Shown one piece after another: positions 1 through 30,931 of a stretch of 64,000 nt of DNA. The DNA lies in assembly GCA_012295275.1 (NCBI GenBank), contig CM022670.1, forward strand, positions 11,532,001 through 11,596,000, read 5' to 3'. Positions within the stretch are counted from its first letter, which is position 1. Every line of letters starts with the position of its first letter. The stretch is from Chrysomallon squamiferum. Its lineage: Eukaryota > Animalia > Mollusca. The notes under the pieces are model-generated. The model saw only the letters and a program-made list of their open reading frames with translations, was not told the DNA's origin and did not search any database. The position numbers and the translations under genes are program-made.

Positions 1-1140
1 GTGTGTGTGTGTATCATTACTTGAACTTACTTGTCTTTTTTCATGTTCATTTAGCATTTTTATTTTTTTACCTTTTTTTTTTGTATTTGTTTGCATGTTT
101 GTGTGTGTGTGTGTGTGAGAGAGAGGGGTCTTATTTTATTGATTCTTGTTTCTTATTCTTATTCTTGAACTTTCTTATTCATTTGTCTTGTCTTTTTTTC
201 CTTTCTTATTCTTCAATCTTCTTTCTTCTCATTCTTAATTAATCTTATCTTTTTTCTTTTATTCCAATTATTTTTCTTACCTTTATTTATTTTGTATATA
301 TAGTCTTATTTTATTAGTTACTGATTCTTGTTATTCTTGATTTTTCTTCTTCACCTTCAGTCATATTTTTTCTGATTCCCTAACCTTTCTTCTTCTTATT
401 ATTTTTTTTATATCTTCAATTTTGTTTTCTTCTTATTCTTCAATATTTTTAATCTTTTTTCATTTTATTCTTCAGTCTTTCTTTTTATTCCTCTATCTTC
501 TTTTTCTTCAGTCTTTTCTCTCTTTTTTTCAAATGCATGTTGTTGTTTTTTACATATGTTAATTTAGTAATTTTCTGAATGATTATCATTTCTGGTGTGT
601 CTCTGTCTGTGTTTTTGTTTTATTCACGTTTCTTGTATTTTTCTGTCTTGTTTCTTATTCTTTAATCTTCTTTTTTTTTTCTTTTCTTTTTTATTATTCT
701 GTCTTCTACTAGTCTTCATGTCTTTTTTTTATATGCATATTTTTCTTTTGTTTATTTTGTGTGTGTATTCTTATTTTACTAATTTTTCTTTCTTCTTATT
801 CTTCAACCTACTTTCATCTTGTTCTTTGGTGTGCTAGTTCTTCAGTCTTATTCATTCTTCAGTGTGTTACTGTTGTTTAATTTCTGTGTATTCTCACTGT
901 TTGAATGTATCCATCTTCTGTCTTCTTATTCTTCATTCTTGTTTTGCTCTTGTGTGTTCTCATTCTTTAATTTTACATGTCCCTACTTATTTCTTCTCTG
1001 TTCTTACTGTTTCTATTTGCATCTGTTTTGGTACTCATGAATCTTTCTTTTCTGTATTTTGTTTTTATTTTATTATTATACTGTGTGTTCTTATTGTTAC
1101 AATTTACTTCTGTCTTTTTATTTTTGTGTATTTTTTGGGC
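1..1140. repeat. Low-complexity pyrimidine-rich (T/C on +) tract, decayed TTCTTATTCTTC-like repeat
   Basis: Strong strand asymmetry with recurring TTCTTATTCTT(C) and TCTTCAGTC motifs. The overlapping + ORFs are F/L/C-rich artefacts, and the minus-strand frames checked are interrupted by stops. Confidence 0.75.
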
Positions 1141-1393
1141 TAATGAAATCAAAAAGTTTTATGTTGTTAATCATATCTATGATATTTTATTACATTTTTT
1201 ATATTTTAACCAAAGCCAAAACTAGTCTTATGCTAGACTTATGTTCAACTTAGATATTACTGGTTACCCATTTGTTCCAAAATAAAATGTTATCTAATAT
1301 CATTAGAACTGTAGACTGAGATTTATTTCCTTAGGAATTGGAGGCCAAAAGTGAGATTGTGATTGATTTGACTTCATTTGGGTATGAACTAAT

Positions 1394-2556
1394 CAAAAAT
1401 CTTAGGTAACACATTTTTACACATATGTGAGGACTAAAATCCAAGATGATCACCTTCACTTAATGAAGAGACAGAAAATGGCACATTTCTGGAACTATTT
1501 GACCAATTTCAATGATGTTAGTTTCGATTGTATGGTTTTCAAACATATAATCTGATAATCTGATCAGCATTTACTCCCAGGATATATACAGGGAAGACAT
1601 TCAGGAGAGGAGTTGAACATCATTTCATGAAAGTGCTTGCTTGTTCTTTCCTCAAGTTTGATGCAGTACTTGGGAAAATGCTTCCATATGGGTGCTCTCA
1701 ACCACAAGCTGGTGGACTTTGGGCTGCCCACAGCAGTGCGATCCAGTGACAACTTTGTTTGCTCAATATGCAGCTCTGCGGGTGCAACTAGCATACCAAC
1801 TTTGCATTGGGACCTGTTCAGGTCCAGGAATCTGGAGGGCAAGAAATTTACTCCAACCAGAGAGACTCTGATGCCCCATGTTCTACAAACCAACTATGTG
1901 GCTTAGAGGGACAAAAAATATAAAACATCTCACCCATGCCTACTACCCCTAGAGGAAAATGAATGGATGCTTGCCAGTGGGAGTATGTTTTAATCAGTGT
2001 GTTGCAAACCAGCAGCAACTGCCATGTTGGAACTGATCAAATGTGGTTGGAAGACATCTTCTAAGGTCATTGCTCATGCAGGAAGAACATCAGTATCTGC
2101 ACAGGCCAAAATTCAGATTGCAACAACCATCATGACTACAGGATGATAGCAGTTGAAGATAAAGATGATGTATGACTGTTGCAGGAGGATGAACAAGTAT
2201 GACACTACCACTACATGTTCAATATGGCCTGTTCCATGAGAGATATGTATGTTTAAAGAATATAACATTTAAGATTTTTGTTTTCATCCAAATTTAATCT
2301 TATTCAGTATGTTGTCCCTATATCTCCCTGTAGGCGTTTCAATACAAAATTAAATAGGTTTTTAATCTTACTGCATAACTGACCTCCAATCAGTTTGAAA
2401 CCAGTCAAAAAATGACCTTTTACTTAATCTTCATATATGTCCTTGATATGCTAACGATCTGAAACATATTCAAGATTATCAGGCACATCTGAAACCATAC
2501 AACAAAGTCTAACGTAATTAAACTTGAAGTTGTTCCAGAAATATGTTATTTTATTA

Positions 2557-2601
<45 letters not shown>

Positions 2602-2743
2602 ATTCCCCCACACACACACACACGAGTTACGGCGGCCATATTGGATTTTAACCCTTACATAGGTCTAAACATTTGTTATCAAAGATATTGGGCATCCGAT
2701 TTCTACGAGACTGTAAAAACCGATACATGTCCCTCTACACTGT
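1394..2743 (+). mobile_element. Degenerate, internally deleted Academ(X)-like DNA transposon (end of the XPG-like region plus Cys-rich zinc finger, long imperfect inverted repeats)
   Basis: The + frames at about 1750-2170 read FVCSICS..IPTLHWDLFRSRNLEGKKFTPTRETLMPHVLQTNYVA*..PLEENEW..AMLELIKCGWKTSSK/HCSCRKNISICT..DCNN with stops and frameshifts, resembling the AcademX transposase C-terminus (recognised from memory). Inverted repeats seen: 1394-1454 vs 2631-2691 and about 1483-1560 vs 2472-2545. The left terminus is not resolved. Confidence 0.6.
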
Positions 2744-2775
2744 AGTGTATTATTCTCATTATGCTTTAAACTTAT

Positions 2776-2776
<1 letters not shown>

Positions 2777-2837
<61 letters not shown>

Positions 2838-2847
2838 AATAAATAAA
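2777..2847. repeat. (TAA)n followed by (TAAA)n microsatellite
   Basis: Directly visible perfect repeat. Confidence 0.95.
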
Positions 2848-2877
2848 AAGTTTTTAGCTACACTCAGTGATACTGAC

Positions 2878-3150
2878 CCGAGAATAATTCGGTGAATTAA
2901 TACTTCAATTTATCATTGCGATAGTATTTCAAATCTTCTTCCTTCCTCAGTCAAAATTAGCTGCCATTGATGACGTCATATCTGTACTACGATCGCCAGT
3001 GGTAACCCAACTAATACGTCCGACAGATGGCCTTTTTTTGTAACAATAATAAAATACTGAAGTGAAATACTTGGAATACGTCATCAGTAGTACTATGAAA
3101 ACACAACGAATAACATACAAAGAAGAATTAAATAACGTAGATACGTACAT
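2878..3150 (-). promoter_or_regulatory. Putative promoter and non-coding first exon of a minus-strand gene whose coding part lies left of the window
   Basis: Local CpG enrichment, palindromic CRE ATGACGTCAT at 2970-2979, YY1-like CAATGGCAGC next to it, and a minus-strand donor CGG|GTCAGT with the exon ending at 2878. Confidence 0.4.
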
Positions 3151-4665
3151 TAGGGGAAACGAATAGATATTCATTGAAACAACACATTTCTAATTTCTTA
3201 AGTTGTTGTTATTATTATTATTATTATTATTATTTCAGAATTAATGTTTATTCATGTATACTTCAGAGATAAATATATACAAGTTTCTGCAAAAGAATAT
3301 ATGCATATACAGATTACTGATACTGTAAAGACACAGCAATGCACAAATGCCCAATGTTGAAAAAAAGATTTATAAATAAAAACAATTAACTAAAATTCAT
3401 TATGTTCTAAAAAAAAAAATCTGAGGATATAGCTTATACGCTTCTTAAAATTTTGTGCTCCATTGTTATAAAGAAATATATTTCATGACAGTCCATAAAT
3501 ATTAAACATTATAGTTCAACTGCATGATTTGTGAAGATTTTGCAGGCAAGATAAATATGATAACATCTGAAAATACATACAAAGACATTAATAGTGCATT
3601 ATTTGGAGTTACTTCTTAATAATAATGTCAATATCGTTGATAAAGATTTAACATTTCCTTCTCACATTTAAACAATATATATATTTTCATAGATACTGTT
3701 GTTGTGAATTACAATCACCCTGACAATGAAAAAATAAAATAAAGCCAGTAAGTTGTTTATGTTATTTATTTTGTACTATCAGAATTGTGAACATACATCT
3801 CTCTTTCATGACAGATTTAAATAAATATACATCTTTGTATAAAGATCATTAGTTTACATTGATAATGGAACTGAAAAAAAAGAGAAAAAGAATTTTCTCA
3901 GAACGTACACAATGGCAAGTAAATTTAAATCAAATGTTTTAGATACACCAATTTTATTTTTCAAATCAGATTTGAAAGGAAAGGAATAACACAGAATTAA
4001 AGAAGCTGTAACAAAACAGAAAGGACTATAACCTTCTATTTGTAATGATATAAAAAAGGGTGTGGTGATTTAGTTATTCTAGAAATGACGAAATATAGAA
4101 GAAAAAAAAATTCATTTTTTAAAAAAAATATTACTAACAATAAATCAGAGGTATTTGTAAATTTTCAAGAATAATCGCTTTATTCCATACAATTCTTAAA
4201 GCTTTTCAGTGTTTTTCTTCAGAAGTCAGTGCATGTGTATAAATGTAAATTAAATAACAAATTATGCCTCCTAACAAGAACAGAATCAATGACTAATTTT
4301 TAATAATTGCTCAAAGCTCTGATTTCAGTAAGTTGTATGACACAATGTCACTTTATCACATTTATAAGTTATTACTAAATTAAAATATCAATGTACAAAA
4401 TATTTTTGCTGCAAGGTTATTCAATCTTCATCTTCATCTGAATACAGAAAGAAAAAAAAAATGTTTTATTTATCAACACACTTGATACATTTTTAATATT
4501 CAGTTATGGTTAACATAAATCAAGTGGGAAAATAGTCGAGAAAGAGCACTGAGAAGATTGTTCCTGAGATCAATCAAAATCTGAGGCCAGTATGTAATTT
4601 CTACTTCAGAATGAGTTGTCGTGTTTGACAACCAAAGTAATCACTTGGAATACTTCACTTATTAT

Positions 4666-4840
4666 AATTAATCCAAGTTAGGTTTAATTATTTTTTTATT
4701 TATTTTCAAATCCACAAACATCAGTTGTTTTTAACTATAATTTAACTGAGGTTAAGTTTAATTATTGTTTTTCTTTTTTTTTTGTTTCAATTCCACAAAT
4801 CTCAGCTGTGGTAATTAACTGAAGTTAAGTTTATTTAGTT
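4666..4840. repeat. Imperfect tandem repeat, about 73-bp period, about 2.4 copies
   Basis: Units start near 4666 (AATTAATCCAAGTTAGGTTTAATTATT), 4739 (AATTTAACTGAGGTTAAGTTTAATTATT) and 4813 (AATTAACTGAAGTTAAGTTTATT); the first two continue TTTCAAWTCCACAAA..TCAGYTG. Confidence 0.75.
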
Positions 4841-7720
4841 TTAATATTGTCTTCGAATACTTTGTATATATATATAAAAAAATTAACAGTAGACATATAA
4901 ATACCATTTTTTAATATTTTACACAACAAACAACAGCTTGTAACAGTTTAAAATAATTTTACATTTTATAATCAATTAATGCATGACATTTGAATAATGT
5001 AATTTGTTTCATAATGAAAAAAGTGAAAATGGACAAGAAATGTTCAACATGTAAGTAATGAAATATACAAAATCCAGAGCCTCAGTTTTCTTATTATCAT
5101 GTAGTTAAAAAAGAGAGAGAGAGAGAAAAAATTAAATAATAATTAAAAAAAAAATTATGCACTGTGATAAAAATTTATTGTAGAAAATATGAGGTAGATG
5201 CATAACATACACAAGACAAGGCAGTGAGGATGTTGCACTGCGAGATGTACATGAAATACTAACATGCTTTCCTATCACACATTTAACCTCCAGCCAACAA
5301 TGCCTGCTTCAGAAAATGCAATGAGAATCAGAAGTCTTATTCTTTATCAAATGAACAATTAAAAACAAATTATATATATGAACAAGTATAGTGGATATAA
5401 CAACTGAGACTGCTTCAAGACCAAATAAAATACATTTCAACAAAGGTGTAACTGAATTGGTGTTTAAAAAGTGTTCCAGCACCGACTATTTTGATAAATA
5501 CTTCAAAATTCATTAACTTCTGCAAAAATCTAATTAGGTTTCATATACATTTGTATATTTAAAATAAAGCATATTACTTTTTAAAATGATTCTGTAAATT
5601 TGTGTATGTACATAAAATGCAGTTTTTCTTTTTTAATTTTATACCATATATATAAATATACAATTTTTTTATTTTTTTATTTTATTTTTTTTAGGGACAA
5701 TGTAAAAACTAATATCCTAAAATGAAAATTAAACAAATAATTATTTTATGATAAAAATTTATTGTAGAATTATTTTATTTTTATTTGATCAGCTGAATGA
5801 TGACATTTTAAAAACTGCAATAAAAACTGAATACCTTTCCTCAAATTCCAAAGTTCTTAATGAGAAAATTTTTGTTTTTCAAATGTTCTTCCATTAATTT
5901 TCTATATATTTTTAACTATTTATAAAAAATAAAAAAAAAAAATTTCTTGTATTATCCTAAAATAGTTACACCATAACAAAAATTATCATTAATAACAAGT
6001 TTTATTATTAACAGATACACTCAATATCATTCTTAATTTTAACAAATTAATCATAATAATGTCATCATCATCATCATCATCAATATTCAATTCATTTAAA
6101 AAACAATTTGAATATAAAACTTCATTTGAACGGTGTATACCTTGAGTCACTGTTGAATGAAATCACACCAAGGTTGTTTAGACCTACACTATAAATGTAA
6201 ATGTATATACGAAGAAATAATTATGGTACATAACTGTTATAAGAATGATTAAAAATGTTTACCATTTTTAAATTAATGATTACAAAAAAGGTACATGTAA
6301 GTATCATTCACAAATTTGGCATAGTATAATCCTATTATGATTTCAGTATAAAGCTATTTCAGTATTTAAATAAGTTTTGCTGTTATGCTGTTGGCCAATT
6401 ATTAAATTGTGACGAGATCAGATTTTTTGTTTTTTCTCCCACCATGACTGACCAGAAATGTAATGTAACAGTATTTTACTCAGGCTGAGTTTGCTAATAA
6501 AACAAGTCAAATTGATGCCAATTTGTTTTAATGCAATGTAATCCAGAACGGAAATAACAACAGCAAATTACCTCTGTGTCAGTGTATAAAAATTTAACAA
6601 GTTTTGTTTATATTCTATTTTGTTTTTAAATTTAAAAAGTCCTTAAAAAGGTTGAATAAATAAACAAAACAAGACAGCTTAACATATTAAAACTACTGAG
6701 ATGTAATAAATAGTGTAATTACATTTACGGAAAAGAAAAAAAAAGTTACAAAAAGTAATTAAAAAACAAAACAAAAGAACCCCAACAAACATTTAGCACT
6801 AAACAAAATGATAATCTTCAGATTATCATGAAAAATAACAATAGCATCAGTGAAAAATTAATTTTAGTTGCATTGTTCTTGCTAACCCATTTTATATTAA
6901 TAATTAATAAACACACATTTTACTGGAAGTTCAATTCCTTGCATGTCAAAGGTAGAGAAACTTAAAATACAAATTTTGAATACAAAGTCTAATCAAATGG
7001 GACCAGCCTGACATACTGCACACTCAGTCAGGAAAGTACAAAATAACACTGAAACTGTTAAATCTGTATTCACAAGTGAGTGGAGGACAATTATGCTATA
7101 ATTAGATTTGTTAATTTTTTTTGTCTTAAGATTAAGTCTCTTGCAGCAGTTTATTGTCAGTGTCCTTGATGTAAACTTGGAAAAACAACACAGCAAATAC
7201 AACAGAAATATAAAATATTTAAATTACAGTAACTGATACTGTCACAATGATGGCAACCTCCACATTTATTCTCTACTTAAAAAAAGAAAAAAAGAAAAGA
7301 AAAAAAAAAGAGTGACGAATCATGCTGGGTGATCAAATTATTGCATTCCTGAGTCGACGAATGATCAATATTGCAATGAGGATAAATTAAGAATGAGACA
7401 ATATATTATGGCGCTTAAAGATTTACGTTTGGCAAACATATCAGTCACAAAGTTTCTTCTTATCACTGTCAAAATGTTTACAAAAAATACAAATAATCAT
7501 ATTTAAAAAATTCCACAATATCTCATTATTTATCCATCTTGTACCACAAGACACATTATTGCATGGTATCACACAATGAAGCACCCAAGTTAAAAAATGA
7601 AACAAAAACATAGCACTAATGAGGTTGAACATGAATAGACCATAACTGGCCAAAATCAAAAAATCTTGACACACGCACACACATACGCACGCACATCCCA
7701 CATATAAGTTTCAATTATTC

Positions 7721-27066
<19,346 letters not shown>

Positions 27067-29759
27067 TTTGCTGAATGAAAGGTCAATCGTGTCATTCTAG
27101 ATCACCGTATTTTCATGTCCTTTGATGCGTATCACACTCATTCGAACTACAAATGACAGAGTAAGCAGTTCATTCTCAAAACATTTATATAACTGACATC
27201 CAGTACAATAATTTATTTAAAAAGTACCAATGGTATATGTGGAATCAGCAAATCTTCTCAGGTGTTATTATTATTAATAATTACTGTTAATTAATTACTA
27301 CTACTACTAGTTACGATAATCGTTACTACTACTACTGCTAGAAGTAGTAGTAGTAGAAGTAATAGAGTCTAGCTATTAAAGATTATTGTGTAGGAATAAA
27401 CTGCTGGGTCATATGACGCGGAATATGCAAGGATAACCTAATTAATATTATCATATGGAAATGTTTTATATAAGATGTGCACGTAACCTGTAATAGAAAA
27501 TTCTAATCCATAAACGAAAGAAACGTTTCATTTAAGTCTGCATATTCTACTGATCAAGATTTCGTGCCTTGTCTTTTAAAAATCAATTGTCATTTTTACG
27601 ACAGCTTTGATTTAACTAGCTAGTTTGCAGATATCACAACACAATCTCTGGCCAGATTCACCAGAAATGAAATTAAATTCGTAATATTACAAAAAATAAT
27701 AAGAAAAAAAGAAACAAAGAAAAAAAAAAGACTGTGAAAGAAAGAAAAAGTGTTCCCATACCATCTTTACTTAATTTGAAATATAATCTATCGTTTTTTG
27801 TTTTTTTATTTGTTATAACACCAAATGCAGAGAAAAAAGGTAAGTTTATTACAAATACATATTGCTAAAAAAAAAATATTTAAGAAACGCCTGAACGTTG
27901 TTATTCATGTTTGCATAAAAGAATCGATCAGTTACATTAGGTTATTTGTCCTTTTAGTCTAAGCGCTGGATAGAATATAAAGCTAAAAATACAATTTCTT
28001 CCGTAATGGTCACTAACCTCCGCTAAACCAGGTCAGTACTTTAATTTCAGTTCAGCATTACGTAACGGAATTTCAAATAGGAAACTATTTAAATTAAAAT
28101 ACTTCTGAGAAATATCTCTTCTTTTTAACAAAATAGTAATTTTCAGTTCGTATAATAATTTCATTTACAGACCATTTCTTTGTTACTCTGTTTTGTCGGT
28201 AGGTTAGATTATAAAACGTTTTAAATAAATCTTAAGAGACAATATTCTGTGCAAACTCCACGCTCAGTAACAGAGAAGGAAACTGACACTATGATACACT
28301 GGCCTAAATTAAGCTGAGACCACTGGGACTGATCTCAGATTATTTCTAAGCATAAGCCTCTCTCCAAAAACCATTCAGATAACGCAGACCATTCATTGAT
28401 TTTTCTTTGTCTTAATGCTGTTCCCAACACAGGCGTTAATTATTAGACAAAGTCTGAAGGAAATGCAACAAGAATAAGTACTTTTAGTGTGGACCATCTG
28501 TATTTCTTTTTCGAAAACAATTTTTGTTGGTCTTTGTGTAGAATACAGTTCTTAATACACCGTGAAAGAGAGTAACTGTTAGGTGTAAAGTGCCTCTTGG
28601 GTCCCTCGTGGCTGACCATAAAGATGTAAAGATAGGCGAGAATTATTCATCCATTTGATGAATAACACAAGGCCAGTCGGCAGAGGAGGGGGTTTATGTG
28701 AAAATTACCCAAGGATAAATTGAAGCATTGATAAATTAAACCGCCTTGAACTAAAAGACGACACTAGCCGACTTAACAATGAATTACAATCAGAAACTAT
28801 AGCAGATGTGTTTCTTTTACCTGCTACGGTGTTTAATCGACAATAAGTATCAATTTAGTACAGTGTTTTGTTTGCTTCAGGGATCAGGACTATGCAATGA
28901 TTCAAATCGTGTCTCCTGCAAAGAGTATTATTTGAAAATATAAAAATAACTTTAAAATATATTTTATGTTTGTCGTTTAGGAAGAAAAAAAATCCGCCAT
29001 ATAGGCATAAATTACAATTCAGTAATAACAATATTACTATTTATTCTTCTTTTGTTTTCAGTTATTTTATTATAATTTATTATTTACAGAAAAAAGCATA
29101 GACAAAACTTCTTCTTCTGTCTTTTATCACGATATTTTTCTGTTCTATCTTTAGTAATTAACAAGCGCCTTTTCTTGGCTTCGTTCACACTGATTATAAT
29201 GATAATTATTCTGCTTGGTTGATAATAATTACAACGTATTGTGACAAGAATTTTAAGACCGATGAATTTAAAATACATAGCAAATAAATATATAATAAAA
29301 TAAAACAAAAACGCACTGATCTACTAAATGGGTTTCGCGAACATATTCTTACGTTCTGGTTAACTAACTTAAATTCTATATTAAAAATCAATAAAAATAA
29401 ATAAAATGTGAGACTAATAATTGAAAAATTATTTGTTTGTTTGTTGTTGTTGTTTTTACTGATCAAGTCCTGGGCATGTAGCATATAAAAAGCATAAAAT
29501 GAAAATTGTCTACTAAAACTGGTAGTAGATTTATCACAGCAGCCATAAAAATGAAATAAAATAGATAAATAATTGTGTGTGTATGTGTGTGTGTGTGTGT
29601 GAGTGTATGTCTGTGTTTGGAGTTGCTGTTAACAGTGTTAATAAACTAATATCATATCAGAGCAAATTATAATTTGAAAATGATAACGAACACAAAAACT
29701 GTATAAAATTTTCCATTTCCATTTATCAGTGTAATAGACAACGATAAAACATATTTAAG

Positions 29760-29766
29760 TAATAAC

Positions 29767-29820
<54 letters not shown>
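29760..29820. repeat. (TAA)n microsatellite
   Basis: Directly visible; it produces the poly-Leu artefact ORF 29667-29864. Confidence 0.95.
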
Positions 29821-30898
29821 TGTAGCAGTGAATAGTAGCAGCAGTAATAAAGATTATTCGTCAATAATTTTCGAAGAGTTTATGTTGTCTGATTCATATT
29901 CCTGATATTTTAACGCACTTCTGATATTCATATTGGTCTTGAAACGCTACAAATGATACCATCACACGCTCGACTTTGGCGCTTTTGCTGACTCCAGAAC
30001 ACGACACCTCCTTCTGCTTTGGAAGCACCGTATTGATTCCAGGAAGAAAGACCTCGGGGGGTAAACCATCAGGATTAGATTGTAAGGTAAATCATGTCAC
30101 ACAGTGACATCATTGTTCTGAAAAGCTCTCTCCGGATTTGACGACTAACTTAACTCTCTGGGCAGGCCCTGTTTCAATAATGGAGAATTTAAGACCACAG
30201 TCTTGCCAATCAGTTTGGCAGCAAGGGCTTGGACTAGCACACCCGAGTGAATACTTTGTTCATAGCTGAAATATAAATGCTTAAATTATGCCGGCAAACT
30301 CATTGATTACCAAAATTAGTAGCACAATAGCTGAGTCATAGGCTTCGAGCTGACAGTAACAGGATCGCTTCCTGCTTTTGGATTTCTGACACAACTGCAG
30401 CCAGTTAATGTTTTTTATGTAAAATACAAAGCCTCTTTCAGATAATTTCAATATTGTCGGCACAGGCAAAAAAAGTAAAATAAAATAAAATAAATAAATA
30501 AAATAAAAATAAAAATATAAAACTATAATAAAATAAATAAATAAATAAATAAATACAAAATTATTGCTGGTTTAGATGTTGAAAGACTATTTGAAGAAAA
30601 AAAAGTCCAACACTTTTCATTATAAATAAATAAATAAAAGCACATAAATTGTTGTTATTTAAGAACTATTTTGTTTTGATGTATAGCAACAACGAAATCG
30701 ATATGCATGAATATATTACTGTCGGGAGCGGTAAGTTGATAAATAAAATAGCTAATTTCATTAGTTTATGTATTATTTAGGATTGCAAGATAAAAGTCGT
30801 ATGGCCTGATGCAGCTGGGCATATCCTCGCTGTAAATCGCCATTGTTATTATCTTCACAATATAAAAATTATCTTGTGACAGTAATCTGTTATTCTCC

Positions 30899-30931
<33 letters not shown>

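Noticed and set aside
3-1253. Six overlapping + strand ORFs (64-93 aa)
   Set aside because: F/L/C-rich translations of a T-rich low-complexity tract with no protein-like motif.
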